Shown here piece after piece: positions 26,769 through 36,967 of a stretch of 48,622 nucleotides of DNA; the first letter of the stretch is position 1; every line of letters starts with the position of its first letter. A program made the position numbers and the translations under genes. The notes beneath the pieces were generated by a model. It ran no database searches. It saw only the letters and a program-made list of their open reading frames with translations, and had not been told where the DNA came from. Origin of the DNA: Verrucomicrobiota bacterium (GTDB taxonomy: Bacteria; Verrucomicrobiota; Verrucomicrobiia; Limisphaerales; CANJXF01); the NCBI GenBank assembly GCA_038214755.1, contig JBBQRQ010000031.1, positions 1-48,622 of the forward strand, written 5' to 3'.

Positions 26769-28064
26769 CTATTTCTTTGGAGAAATTTCGCGCACGTAAA
26801 TATTTTTGAAAAACAGTCGGCTCTTATGATTTTGCAATTCAATCGGGCCAAAGGGATAAACCGGTTTGTCGCGCTCCAATGAATTTTCCATCGTCACATC
26901 GTGCACGACCAACTCGTGGTTGAGATAGACGCTGACTTTTTCGCCCGTCATCAAAACGCGGAATTGATTCCACTCACCAATTGGATGGTCTGCGCGTTTC
27001 GTCGGCGTGTTCGGATTTTTTTGGTTGTTGTGCAAGCCGCCTGAACCGACGGAGTGATCCCGCGCGCCGCCTTTGTCAGACGGGTCCCAAATCTGCACCT
27101 GCGGACAACCGCGCAGATAAATTCCGCTGTCGCCTTTCGGCGTAATTTTCCAATCCACCCACAACTCGAAGTCGCCATAATTTTTTTCGCTGACGAGATT
27201 TTGTCCTTTGCCATCGAATTCAAGAACGCCTTTCTCCACCTTCCAATGTTCGCGCATTTTCTCGTTGGCGATTTTTTGTTTCTTAATTCTTTCGGCGGAC
27301 GAAAGTTCCGGCCACTTGGAGAACGGCGCGACGAATCCGTTCCAGCCTTTGAGATTTTTGCCGTTGAACAGCCGCGCGAATCCTTCCGGCGCGGAGTTGT
27401 CTTTGGATTGGGCAGGCAATTCCTTGATGCGAATATTGCGAAACTCGGCGAACTCGTCGTGTCCGAGAAAACCGACGTGTCCGCGGTCGCGCAGCAAACC
27501 GGGATGGTGCTGGAGCGTGGCGGCGTTCGTCACGGAATTGAGGTTGGCGTTGACAATCGTTTTGCCGTTCACGATGACTTTGATGTGGCGACCGTTGGCG
27601 GTGATTTCTTCGGTGTTCCATTCGCCAACCCTCTTTTGCGAGCCGGGTTTCGCCGCGATCACGTCGTAAATCGAGCCGTGCATTTGCTCTGGCCGAAGCG
27701 GCCCATATTTTTTTGTCGTATCGTCGAGCACCTGGATTTCCATCCCCGTGTAAGCGGCGTCGCCCTCGAATGGAGCGCGAATTCCGATGCCGTTGTTGGA
27801 GCCGGGTTCGAGGCGGAACTCGAAACGGAGGACGAAATTTTCAAATTCCTTTTCGCTCAGAAGATTTCCGCCGCCGCCGCGCTGGCAAAAAATAATTCCG
27901 TTGGTGACGCCATAACCGAGACCATTTCGATCCATCAACTTCCAACCGTCCAAAGATTTGCCGTCGAAAAGCGCGACAAAGCCGCGTTCGTTTTCTTTGG
28001 CCTGAATTGAAAATGACAGCGCGAGTGAAACGAAAACAGCCGGAAAAATTTTTGAGATGTTCAT
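26769..28064 (-). CDS. Tandem DUF1080 (3-keto-disaccharide hydrolase-like) protein
   Basis: Two repeats of LF(D/N)GK.L.GW...SG...E/Q.Q.....F(R/K)NI. Confidence 0.9.
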   Translation of the reverse strand: MNISKIFPAVFVSLALSFSIQAKENERGFVALFDGKSLDGWKLMDRNGLGYGVTNGIIFCQRGGGGNLLSEKEFENFVLRFEFRLEPGSNNGIGIRAPFEGDAAYTGMEIQVLDDTTKKYGPLRPEQMHGSIYDVIAAKPGSQKRVGEWNTEEITANGRHIKVIVNGKTIVNANLNSVTNAATLQHHPGLLRDRGHVGFLGHDEFAEFRNIRIKELPAQSKDNSAPEGFARLFNGKNLKGWNGFVAPFSKWPELSSAERIKKQKIANEKMREHWKVEKGVLEFDGKGQNLVSEKNYGDFELWVDWKITPKGDSGIYLRGCPQVQIWDPSDKGGARDHSVGSGGLHNNQKNPNTPTKRADHPIGEWNQFRVLMTGEKVSVYLNHELVVHDVTMENSLERDKPVYPFGPIELQNHKSRLFFKNIYVREISPKK

Positions 28065-28280
28065 CGCGCGGGAGTGTGGCGAGCATGGATAACTGTCAAA
28101 AGTTAAATCTGCTGAATGGATTTATCGGCGGAGGGCTAGATACAATTGATTAGCCACGACTTCCGTGTAATCACAACTTCCGGATCGAACAGAAAGACTT
28201 TGTTCCGGTTTAATTCAAAGTTCTGGGAGGAAGCGCGAAACACTTTGCCGCAACCCTGGCTTCTGCTAGGGTCTTGCGGC

Positions 28281-29333
28281 ATGGGGAAAAAAGTTTTTTG
28301 TTTGTTATTCGCCCTGTTCGCCGACGCTGCTTTGGGCGCCGAACGTGCCTTTGACTTCAGCCAATTTCCTTTGCAGTCCTCTCCCACCGGTTTTGTGAGC
28401 CAGGTCAGCGGCGCGGGCAAATCGGGCGATTGGAAAATAATTGAGGACGAAGTGCCTTTGGCCCTGGCCCCGCTTTCACCCAACGCTCCAAAAGCGGGAC
28501 GACGTTTCGTCCTCGCTCAACTTGCGCAGGAGACCACGGACGAACATTTTCCCCTCTTGATTTTTAATGGCGAAACTTTCGGCGACTTCACTCTGACGAC
28601 GCGTTTCAAGTGCGTCAGCGGTTCGGTGGATCAAATGGCTGGAATCGCCTTTCGTCTTCAGGACGAGAAAAATTTTTACGTCGTTCGCGCCAGTTCTCTC
28701 GGCAACTCATTTCGTTTTTACAAAGTGGTCAATGGCGAGCGCAGCCCGCCCATCGGCCCGCAGATTAAAATTCCCGCCGGCGTCTGGCACGAAATGTCGG
28801 TCGCTGGTCAAGGCAACCAGATTCGTTGTTCGCTCAATGGCCAGGAATTATTTCCCGTCCTGACCGACAACTCTTTTGCGGCTGGGAAAATCGCGTTCTG
28901 GACCAAGTCCGATTCGGTGAGTTATTTCGCCGATACAAAAATTATTTACACGCCGCGCGTTTCGTTGGCGCAGAAAATCATCACCGAGATGATCGAGCGT
29001 TATCCGCGCGTCATTGGTTTGAAAATTTTTGCCAAAAATGATGCGAACGAATTGCGCGTCATCGCCAGCAACCATCAAAATGAAGTCGGCGAACCGGGCG
29101 GAAAAGTCGAAGCCACCGTGCTGGCCAAAGAGGCGCCCTACTACGCCAAAGGCGGAGAAACTGTTTCCGTCATCACGCCGTTGAAAGATCGAAATGGCGA
29201 CGCCAACGGGGTGCTGCGAATCATCATGAAACCTTTTCCTGGTCAGACGGAAAGAAATGTCCTCGCCCGCGCCACGCCGATTGTCAAAGCCGTCGAAGCG
29301 CGAATGGTTTCCGCCAAAGATCTCACGCAATAA
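28281..29333 (+). CDS. Secreted DUF1080-like domain with a C-terminal PDC/Cache-like domain
   Basis: DQMAGIAFR.QD..NFY..RA, GKIAFWTKSDS..YF.D; C-terminal V..PLKDRNGD..G. Confidence 0.6.
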   Translation: MGKKVFCLLFALFADAALGAERAFDFSQFPLQSSPTGFVSQVSGAGKSGDWKIIEDEVPLALAPLSPNAPKAGRRFVLAQLAQETTDEHFPLLIFNGETFGDFTLTTRFKCVSGSVDQMAGIAFRLQDEKNFYVVRASSLGNSFRFYKVVNGERSPPIGPQIKIPAGVWHEMSVAGQGNQIRCSLNGQELFPVLTDNSFAAGKIAFWTKSDSVSYFADTKIIYTPRVSLAQKIITEMIERYPRVIGLKIFAKNDANELRVIASNHQNEVGEPGGKVEATVLAKEAPYYAKGGETVSVITPLKDRNGDANGVLRIIMKPFPGQTERNVLARATPIVKAVEARMVSAKDLTQ

Positions 29334-29569
29334 TTTCGCCGGCGAAGTTTGGGCGAAATTTTTCTCTCGTGACAACTCTCTCCAAAACGCCTCTGCGTGG
29401 TAAAAGGGTCAAAGGAACTTTCCCGAAAACCGAAATGGCCTTTCTTCCGTTGGCTCGACTGCAGCAGTGTTGGTGAAACGCGCATAGGCATTTTCTTGAG
29501 ACGCGGCCGCTTGCGCCAAACGAATTTTCAAAATATCCGGTAAATTCCCTTCCACGACAGGTGGAGATT

Positions 29570-30649
29570 TTAAAAACAAACCCGCTCGATGAACCAGTAA
29601 GCCCCGGCGGCGGCAACGAGGACTGAACAAGCAGGAACCCAGCGTGGAGCGAATTGGGGAAGACGCTTCAACTGCCAAAGCAAGGGCAAGAGCACCGCGG
29701 CCACCGCGATTTGTCCTGTTTCAACTCCCAGATTGAATGAGACGAGCGGCACGACGACACTTCCCGCTTTGGCAATTTCCATTTCACGCAGCACGCCCGC
29801 GAAACCGAATCCATGCGCAAGACCAAAGGCGAAAGTCAAAAGCCAGCGGCCTTTCGGATGGCCGTGGCGAAAAATATTTTCCAGCCCGACGTAAACGATG
29901 GAAGCGGCAATCGTGGGTTCGATAATCCGACTGGGAATTTGCACGATGTTCAAAGTCGCCAGCGCGAGGGTGAGCGAATGAGCGAGCGTGAAACAGGTCA
30001 CGATTTTTGCGATGGACGCGAAGCTCTGGCAGACGATGAGCAGCGCAAAAAGAAAAAGCAGATGATCGTAGCCGGTCAGAATATGCCGGATGCCGAGAAC
30101 AAAAAATTCAGAGAAAGAATGTGAACGTTGCGGGGCGCGGACCGGCGCCGCGACCAGATTGACGGTGAAGACGTTGTCATTGGCATCGAGTAAATCTTCA
30201 GTCATGGCCGGGCCGACCCCTTCCTGAAAACTGACGAACTGGCGATGTCCGGGCGGAAGCGCATTGATCCATTTGGAAACCACTTTGAGCAGCGTGCCGA
30301 AGTTTTTCTCCAGAGTGAGATCGAATTGAAAATTGGAATTCTCGTCCACCGAACATTTGGTGGCCGACACCGCAATGGGTTTGTCATCCAGCGTTATTTC
30401 CAAAAGATTTTTCGCCAGGTTCTCCAGCGTTTTTTGTGCAGCGGAAATTTCTTCCACTGAAATGATGCCATCGAAATTTTGATCAATGGGCAGAATCGAT
30501 TCGATATCGCTGTGAGAAAAAATGAGGACGGCGCGGAGTTCCTCGCCGTCGTGCCGAAGCTTGAGGGTGCTTAAGCCCGGATTGTGCGCCTGCGCATTGA
30601 ACGCAAACGCCAAAGAAATCAGGAGAGTGGCAGCGGTTTTTCGATTCAC
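29570..30649 (-). CDS. HupE/UreJ-family membrane protein
   Basis: GIRHILTGYDHLLFL, FTLAHSLTL, FGLAHGFGFA, FNLGVE.GQ. Confidence 0.9.
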   Translation of the reverse strand: MNRKTAATLLISLAFAFNAQAHNPGLSTLKLRHDGEELRAVLIFSHSDIESILPIDQNFDGIISVEEISAAQKTLENLAKNLLEITLDDKPIAVSATKCSVDENSNFQFDLTLEKNFGTLLKVVSKWINALPPGHRQFVSFQEGVGPAMTEDLLDANDNVFTVNLVAAPVRAPQRSHSFSEFFVLGIRHILTGYDHLLFLFALLIVCQSFASIAKIVTCFTLAHSLTLALATLNIVQIPSRIIEPTIAASIVYVGLENIFRHGHPKGRWLLTFAFGLAHGFGFAGVLREMEIAKAGSVVVPLVSFNLGVETGQIAVAAVLLPLLWQLKRLPQFAPRWVPACSVLVAAAGAYWFIERVCF

Positions 30650-30670
30650 AGCATTGACCTTAAAGCATCG

Positions 30671-30710
30671 AGAAAAAAAGAAAACCGGCTACTTCGGAAA
30701 GTAGCCGGTT
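30671..30710 (-). terminator. Rho-independent terminator after DUF4331
   Basis: Minus strand aaccggctactttccgaagtagccggtt followed by ttctttttttc. Confidence 0.75.
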
Positions 30711-30727
30711 CCTGCGTGAGTCTCTTT

Positions 30728-32323
30728 TCAGTGATGGGTATGATTGCGACCATTGTGAGGCGTCGCAGCGTAGGGGAATACTTTGTTGTAGGGAATATCG
30801 TTGTGGTCAACGTTGTCGCCCGCCACTCCATTGGCTACGGAAAATGTTGCCGGACGAAGATCATTGATCAAAGCGGAGACCGCTATGTCAAGAACGTCAT
30901 CCCCGAAACGCCGACCGTTTGGCCAGCCACCGGGAATTGTTCCCGCCGGAAAACCGGGAAGTCCCGGTGAAATCTGACTGGTCAACGCATCGCCGCCAAA
31001 AACGCTGAGGCGCGAAAAGCCCGCGTCATCAGAACCGCCGCCGGTGAGCCGCGCCGGCCCGGTGGAGAGATCAATTTTGATGAGGTCTGGAATAAAGATT
31101 CCAGCGATGTCGGTGCGATTGCTGGTGATGGCCGAAGTGCCAACCAACGCGTTGAGCAAGCCCGCCAGTTCCGGGCGCAAGGCATATTTCTGGAACAGCG
31201 TCGCATCGGCTGTTGGACTGGTTCGATTGTAGAGATCTTTATCTTCGAGCGCGACGAGACCTTCGCAAAAAAGTGGATTACCCTGCCGCCCAACCTGGAT
31301 GTAACGGCCTCCCACGACGGCCAACTTGCGGAAAATGTTGTCTTCATCGACGCCATTATTATTGTCCACGCTGTTTTTCTTGGGAGGGATTTCGTCGTTC
31401 ACCAGGCGAGGGATTCTTTCCAGAGTCAAGTCTCTCAAAACATTCACCGATTTTCGACTGGTCGTCGCATAAACACCGACCACTTGTCGGTCGCCGCCCA
31501 ACTCTGAAACGGGAATTTGGAGAACGATGGTATGAACATTGAAACCAGCCTGGCCATCGACTCCCGGATTGCGGAGTTGAAGGAGATCAAAAACGGATTG
31601 AATGTCGGCGTAAAAACCATCATCGCGCTGGCCGGCAAAAGCCCGGTAACCGTTGACCAAATTTGTTATGCTCTGCATCGTGTAACGATCGAGCACGCTC
31701 TCATCGGCTACACCGGGTTTGGCCAGGTTCTCACCGTTATCGCCCTGATTATAAAACGGAGTCGCGATCCCCTGATTGTTCGGCGGCACGATGCCGTTGC
31801 CGAGAAGAATTCCCGTTCGAGCCTTGCCTGTGGCGGAGTAATCAATCTTGGTCAACGAATAAGTCTGAACAAGGTTCTGAGCGGCGTCGTTGACGTTGGT
31901 GATAACGCCCAGATACGCCTGCAGAATAGTTTTCTGGTTTTTGAATTTGGTGTTGAACTGAAACTGGTAGCTCAAAGTTTTTCGGCCCGCGACCAGATCG
32001 CTGGTGACGTTGCGACCTCTTGGGGTGTGCGAAGTGGCAACGTGCAATTCATAAAGCACATTGTCATCGAAGCGGAAATCATTTGGGCCAATCCCAGGTT
32101 CTTCAAAGGGATAAACCGCCAACGCCACCGTCAGATATTTATTCGTGCCCTGCGCGGTCAGAAACGCATAGACATCTGTCGTGTTGGCTGCTGGATCTAA
32201 TGTGATCAACGGCGCGTCCATATGGCTGGAAGCCCGCAATAAATTCGGGGTGAGCGCGAGTGACGCCATCGTCATCCCCAGCGGCAATCCACGCAGCATT
32301 GTTTTCAGTATTTTTGTTTTCAT
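30728..32323 (-). CDS. DUF4331-domain secreted protein
   Basis: ASSHMDAPLI..DP.A..TDVYAF, FAGQRDDGF, WPNGRRFGDDV.D, FPY. Confidence 0.9.
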   Translation of the reverse strand: MKTKILKTMLRGLPLGMTMASLALTPNLLRASSHMDAPLITLDPAANTTDVYAFLTAQGTNKYLTVALAVYPFEEPGIGPNDFRFDDNVLYELHVATSHTPRGRNVTSDLVAGRKTLSYQFQFNTKFKNQKTILQAYLGVITNVNDAAQNLVQTYSLTKIDYSATGKARTGILLGNGIVPPNNQGIATPFYNQGDNGENLAKPGVADESVLDRYTMQSITNLVNGYRAFAGQRDDGFYADIQSVFDLLQLRNPGVDGQAGFNVHTIVLQIPVSELGGDRQVVGVYATTSRKSVNVLRDLTLERIPRLVNDEIPPKKNSVDNNNGVDEDNIFRKLAVVGGRYIQVGRQGNPLFCEGLVALEDKDLYNRTSPTADATLFQKYALRPELAGLLNALVGTSAITSNRTDIAGIFIPDLIKIDLSTGPARLTGGGSDDAGFSRLSVFGGDALTSQISPGLPGFPAGTIPGGWPNGRRFGDDVLDIAVSALINDLRPATFSVANGVAGDNVDHNDIPYNKVFPYAATPHNGRNHTHH

Positions 32324-32326
32324 TTT

Positions 32327-33682
32327 TTATTTTTTTCCGATGTTTTCGGCCTGAGCTATTGCGCCGGCACTGCGGCCCTTGAGTTCGGCGAGTTGGTTTT
32401 GTTCTGAAGGGAAAAGCATTTGCCGAAGGGCGGTGGCCTTCTGTGACAACGCGAGGGCCTCCTGGGAATTACCGATCGCTTCGGCGATCATCGCGGCGTG
32501 AAAAAATAAACGGGCGTCTTCGGTTCCTTCGGCCAACGCCAGATTCGATTGCGTCCTCGCCTCGGAAAACTTCCCCGCCGCCAGCAACGCCCAGGCCAAC
32601 GCGTCGCGTGTAAAAATATCAGCGCGCTCGGACAATTCGCGCTCAATCAATTTCAAGGCGGTCTTCGGTTTTTCGCGGCGCGTCGCCAGATAAAGGGCAA
32701 ATGTCCGAGGATCTTCCTGCGCAGCGCGCTTCTTCAAATTCGATGCAAAGGCGACGGCTTCATCATGTTTTCCCGCCAACTCCAAAGCATCGGCCAAAAG
32801 CCATTGATATTCGGGGAGCGGATTCAACGTCGCCGCGCGTTGCAACGATTTCACGGCGTCGTTCGTCTGGCCTTGCGCGAGTTCGATTCGCCCCTGAAAA
32901 AATAATGCCGCGGCGTAATCCGGCTGCAATCGCAACGCGGCCCGGACGGAGCGGAAGCTGTCCGCGAGCCGGCCCAGTTGAAGCTCGTAGGCCGCGCGTC
33001 GCGTGTAACTCCACGCGGTCGGTTCTGCGTTGAGGGAACTGCCCGCCGCAGTCGCCATCGAAATTAATTCCACCGCTCCTTCGACATCGCCTTTGATCCA
33101 GCGCGCGTGAGCCGCCCGCGTGTAAGAATGAAGGTCGGGTTTTAAATCCATCATCTTCTGATACGCTGCGATGCCCTGCGTCACTTGCCCGCGATCCATT
33201 AAAATATCTCCGAGCAAACCGAAATCGAACGACGACCCCCGTTTCTCGACCAGCTTGCGCGCAATCGGTTCGGCTTCTTTGAAACGATGCAAACTTTGGA
33301 GAGCGTGGCCGCGCAACAAGAGCGCCGCGGAACTTTCCGGCTGATGCGCCTCGATGCAAAGCGCGCATTGCTCCACCAGATTATAGAGGCCGGGATCGTT
33401 CGCGCTCCGCGCTCTGGAGACCAGCAGCCAGCCGAGTCGTTCCAGCAAGTGACCGGGGAACGGGGAGGTTTTAATTTTTTGCTGAAGTTTTAAAATTTCC
33501 TTGTCGCTCTCCGCCTGGCCGCGGGGCGGAATCAAGATAATTTTGCACGCCGTGCAAGTCGAGAGAACGGAAACGGGAGGAGAGGCGGCGCTTTTCTCCG
33601 TGGATTTATTCTCGGCGCGAACATTCGTCCAAAGTAAATTCGCCACCGCAAAGACTAAAAAAAACTGGATCCCTTTTTTCAT
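32327..33682 (-). CDS. Secreted TPR-repeat protein
   Basis: Signal peptide followed by several TPR-like helical repeats. Confidence 0.85.
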   Translation of the reverse strand: MKKGIQFFLVFAVANLLWTNVRAENKSTEKSAASPPVSVLSTCTACKIILIPPRGQAESDKEILKLQQKIKTSPFPGHLLERLGWLLVSRARSANDPGLYNLVEQCALCIEAHQPESSAALLLRGHALQSLHRFKEAEPIARKLVEKRGSSFDFGLLGDILMDRGQVTQGIAAYQKMMDLKPDLHSYTRAAHARWIKGDVEGAVELISMATAAGSSLNAEPTAWSYTRRAAYELQLGRLADSFRSVRAALRLQPDYAAALFFQGRIELAQGQTNDAVKSLQRAATLNPLPEYQWLLADALELAGKHDEAVAFASNLKKRAAQEDPRTFALYLATRREKPKTALKLIERELSERADIFTRDALAWALLAAGKFSEARTQSNLALAEGTEDARLFFHAAMIAEAIGNSQEALALSQKATALRQMLFPSEQNQLAELKGRSAGAIAQAENIGKK

Positions 33683-33707
33683 TCTATTTCGCCATTCAGT
33701 TAACCTT

Positions 33708-33732
33708 TACGTATAGAAACCTGATTTGGATG
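33708..33732 (-). promoter_or_regulatory. Putative ECF sigma promoter CATCC-N16-CGTA
   Basis: catcc aaatcaggtttctata cgta, 25 nt upstream of the TPR gene; matches 35545-35569. Confidence 0.65.
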
Positions 33733-34074
33733 CATCAGTTTCTCAATGATCGTTTCTCAACGAGCCGCTTTCTCGAAGAACTGCGAACGTAGAACTGGTT
33801 GCGTTTCTCGCAAGGAGGGCGGAAGTCTGATTCTCCAATCGGGGAATTTGCATCCGCTTCTTGAGGACAAGCGGCATCGATACCTACATAAGTGAGGAAC
33901 CAGACTTCACGGGGGCGATGCGCGCCGGCGATGTATGGCAGCGCGTCCCGCCTGCCTCATCAGCGGCATCCTCCTGTTTGAAAAATTCTTTCCCTCTCGC
34001 CCAGACAGGCCAGACACACTGTCCTACGGTGAAAAGTTGTGTCGGTGCCAACGGGACAAACGGGAGTGGAAAAA

Positions 34075-34872
34075 TCAACTGCCCAATAAAACCATTTTAC
34101 CTTCGGGCTTGGCGACGCCGCCTTTGCGTTCGAGGGTGACCGCAATTTTTTCAAAATTGACCCGCGATTTCGGCTGAAACTGAAAACGCACCGCGCCTTT
34201 TTCATCGACGGTAAAAACGCCCGCATCCACTGGACTCGGATATTTTGAGTCGATCACCCAGAGTTGATAATCTTTGTCCGACGGAAGCGACGCGAGATGT
34301 TCTACGACCAGAACGCCTTTTTGTTGTTCGTTGTCCCACACCGAAACAGCGACGGCTTTCGGAGAACTCGCCAGCAGCGAACTGAGCATGGCGATTCGCA
34401 GTTGCGAAAGGCGATCTTTGCTCCGAAACTCCGCGACCTGATTTTGCAAAATGTCCGTTTCGCCACGCAACGAGATCGTCTGTTTTTGCAACTCCTGTAA
34501 TTCATCCCGCAGTCGGGCGGAACGCTGCCGCGCTGATTTATTTTCGGAAAAAAAGATCGCGCACAAAACTGCCAGACACGCCGCCATCGCCCACGGAAAC
34601 CAAGCGGGCGCGAAAAGAGTTTCCGCTTTTTTCAAAGGAACAATTTTCATCCGCTGCTCGATCTGATCCAAAAGTTTTTGCTTCAGGTGCGGCGGAGGTT
34701 CGACTGACGGCGCGGACGTGGCGAGTAAATCGGCGCTGCGTTTCAACTGCGCGACGAATCCGCGCAACTCTTCGCTCTCGCGCAATTCTCTCTCAAACTC
34801 GCGCGCCTCCTGTTCGGACAAAAGGCCGAGCGCGTAAAGACTGGCTTGTTCTTCCGTGCGCTCGTCGATCAT
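34075..34872 (-). CDS. Anti-sigma factor, RskA-like
   Basis: YALGLL, PPPHLK.KL, TM segment, coiled coil, KDYQLW...P.DAG, AVTLE..GG...P. Confidence 0.9.
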   Translation of the reverse strand: MIDERTEEQASLYALGLLSEQEAREFERELRESEELRGFVAQLKRSADLLATSAPSVEPPPHLKQKLLDQIEQRMKIVPLKKAETLFAPAWFPWAMAACLAVLCAIFFSENKSARQRSARLRDELQELQKQTISLRGETDILQNQVAEFRSKDRLSQLRIAMLSSLLASSPKAVAVSVWDNEQQKGVLVVEHLASLPSDKDYQLWVIDSKYPSPVDAGVFTVDEKGAVRFQFQPKSRVNFEKIAVTLERKGGVAKPEGKMVLLGS

Positions 34873-35480
34873 AGGTGATCCTCCAGAGCGTCGCGCAATT
34901 TCAACATGCCGCGGCGGATGCGCGCTTTCACCGTGCCCAGCGGTTGTCCCAAAGATTCAGAAATTTCGTTTTGGGTCAGGCCCCCAAAAAACGCGAGTTC
35001 AATGGCTTGCCGCTGGTCGCTCGGCAAACTGCGCACCGCCGAGCGCACCATGACGGAGCTTTCGCGATTTTCTGGGTCCGTCATAAAAGTCGAACCGGCG
35101 TTTGTTAAGACCGCGGTTTCCTCTTTAAGTTCTTCGAGCAGCCGAAACCGGCGTTGGGATGAGCGCAGACGGTCGATGGCTTTATTCCGAGTCAAAGTCA
35201 CGAACCAACTGAACGGCACGCCAAGCTCGCGTTTATAGATCCCCGCTTTGTCCCAGATTTGTAAAAAAACTTCCTGCAAAACATCCTCGGCTTCCTTCGG
35301 GTCGTTCAAAACTTTTACGACAATGGAAAATAAAATGCCGGAATAACGGTCATAACATCGGGAGAAAGCGACGCGATCTCCTTGCGCGATTTGCCCAAGG
35401 AGTTCCACATCGAGTTTCGCGGATTCTTCGTTCACCCTCTTTTGACTGAGCCGAGATGGATATCGGAGCTGCCCAGGCAT
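34869..35480 (-). CDS. ECF RNA polymerase sigma factor, SigK-like
   Basis: AEDVLQEVF, RNKAIDRLR, LAFFGGLTQ.EI, PLGTVKARIRRG. Confidence 0.92.
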   Translation of the reverse strand: MPGQLRYPSRLSQKRVNEESAKLDVELLGQIAQGDRVAFSRCYDRYSGILFSIVVKVLNDPKEAEDVLQEVFLQIWDKAGIYKRELGVPFSWFVTLTRNKAIDRLRSSQRRFRLLEELKEETAVLTNAGSTFMTDPENRESSVMVRSAVRSLPSDQRQAIELAFFGGLTQNEISESLGQPLGTVKARIRRGMLKLRDALEDHL

Positions 35481-35544
35481 CCGGTTTTGCCCACTCGATT
35501 AACACCGTAACAATCCTTTTCATGTTGGCAAGCTCCACCCATTG

Positions 35545-35569
35545 AACGTCTCAAACGGTCAAACGGATG
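35545..35569 (-). promoter_or_regulatory. Putative autoregulatory ECF promoter CATCC-N16-CGTT
   Basis: catcc gtttgaccgtttgaga cgtt upstream of the sigma gene. Confidence 0.65.
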
Positions 35570-35669
35570 CGCGTCTCCGAAACTAATGTGAAAAAATATC
35601 ACCCGCGCAAAATATCCTTCGCGATTGTCTGGGCGTGACTCGAACGGTCGATCCACCCAAACCATTTTT

Positions 35670-35700
35670 ATTCGTGTCCATTCGTGTTCATTTGTGGTTA
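35670..35700. repeat. attcgtg-type short repeat
   Basis: attcgtgtccattcgtgttcatttgtggtta. Confidence 0.55.
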
Positions 35701-35712
35701 AGAATTTCCACG

Positions 35713-36846
35713 ATGAACGACGGCGAGATTTCCGCGCGATACTTTTCCACCGGCAAACCGCTTCGCCTCTGCTGGAAAAATGGAACGATTGCGAGCATCG
35801 AAGAAATTTCCAACGCGCCCGAAAATTTCTGGATCGCTCCCGCGCTGATCGACGCGCAGGTCAATGGCTACGGCGGAATTGATTTTCAACAGGATAATTT
35901 ATCCGCAGACGATCTCCTTTGTGCCGCGCGAAAACTTCGTCGCGATGGTTGCGCGCAATTTTTTCTGACGCTCATCACGGACGACTGGCCGAAACTGACC
36001 GCGCGTTTGAGGCATTGCAAAAAGTTGCGCGCGCAATCCGACGAATTAAAAAACGCCATTGCCGGTTGGCACATCGAAGGGCCGTTTCTCTCGGACAAAC
36101 CCGGTTTTCACGGAGCGCATAATCCCGCGCTAATGATTGCCCCGAAACCGGAACACATTCGTGAGCTTCGCGAACTTGCCGGGGAAGATCCGCTGCTCCT
36201 GACCATTTCCCCCGAGCGGTCTGGAGCAATAAAATCGATTGCCCTCGCAAAATCGCTCGGCATCAAAATCAGTCTCGGCCACACCAACGCGTCAGCGGAA
36301 ATTTTGCGTGACGCTGTGACGGCGGGCGCGTCTGCCTTTACGCATTTGGGCAATGGCTGTCCGCGTGAACTCGATCGTCACGATAATATTCTTTGGCGGA
36401 TTTTCGAGACGCCAGGTCTCACCGTCAGTTTAATTCCCGATAAAATTCATGTGTCCCCTGCCCTGTTTCGTCTGGTGCATCGCGTGTTGCCCAAAGGAAA
36501 TATTTTTTACACGACCGACGCGATGTCCGCCGCTGGCGCGCCACCGGGAAAATACAAACTGGCGAATCTCGAACTCGAAGTTGGCTCCGATCAAATTGTC
36601 CGGCAACCCGGCCAGACCAATTTCGCCGGCTCTGCGCTGCGTCCCATTGACGGGATTTTTCGCGCGGCGGAAATGTTGAACTGTTCCTGGCGCGAGGTCT
36701 GGGCGAGGTTTTCAGAAGTTCCAGCAAGGGTAATGAATTTGAAATGCGGTTTGGAAGTTGGCGCGCCTGCCAATTTTTGTTCGCTGAAATTGACTGACGC
36801 AAATCGACTGGAGCAATTGCCTACTTACTCCCACGGCAAAACGTAG
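35713..36846 (+). CDS. nagA: N-acetylglucosamine-6-phosphate deacetylase
   Basis: DAQVNGYGG, HIEGPF, GAH, LGHT, THLGN, TDAM, FAGS. Confidence 0.9.
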   Translation: MNDGEISARYFSTGKPLRLCWKNGTIASIEEISNAPENFWIAPALIDAQVNGYGGIDFQQDNLSADDLLCAARKLRRDGCAQFFLTLITDDWPKLTARLRHCKKLRAQSDELKNAIAGWHIEGPFLSDKPGFHGAHNPALMIAPKPEHIRELRELAGEDPLLLTISPERSGAIKSIALAKSLGIKISLGHTNASAEILRDAVTAGASAFTHLGNGCPRELDRHDNILWRIFETPGLTVSLIPDKIHVSPALFRLVHRVLPKGNIFYTTDAMSAAGAPPGKYKLANLELEVGSDQIVRQPGQTNFAGSALRPIDGIFRAAEMLNCSWREVWARFSEVPARVMNLKCGLEVGAPANFCSLKLTDANRLEQLPTYSHGKT

Positions 36847-36967
36847 CGGCTAATTTTGGGGTTGAAGAAGGCGAACCCGGAAAACGACGGGCAACGCCCA
36901 AGAGAATCGCGCAAAGGTGATTGCCGAAATGCTTTTCATATTCACGCTCCGGTTGTAGCAAGAGCGA

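Noticed and set aside
29409..29570. Protein-like tail downstream of hupE
   Set aside because: No usable start codon and no recognisable family.
33884..34078. Short ORF with RCH, possible cytochrome remnant
   Set aside because: No CxxCH motif, and it overlaps degenerate repeat-like sequence.
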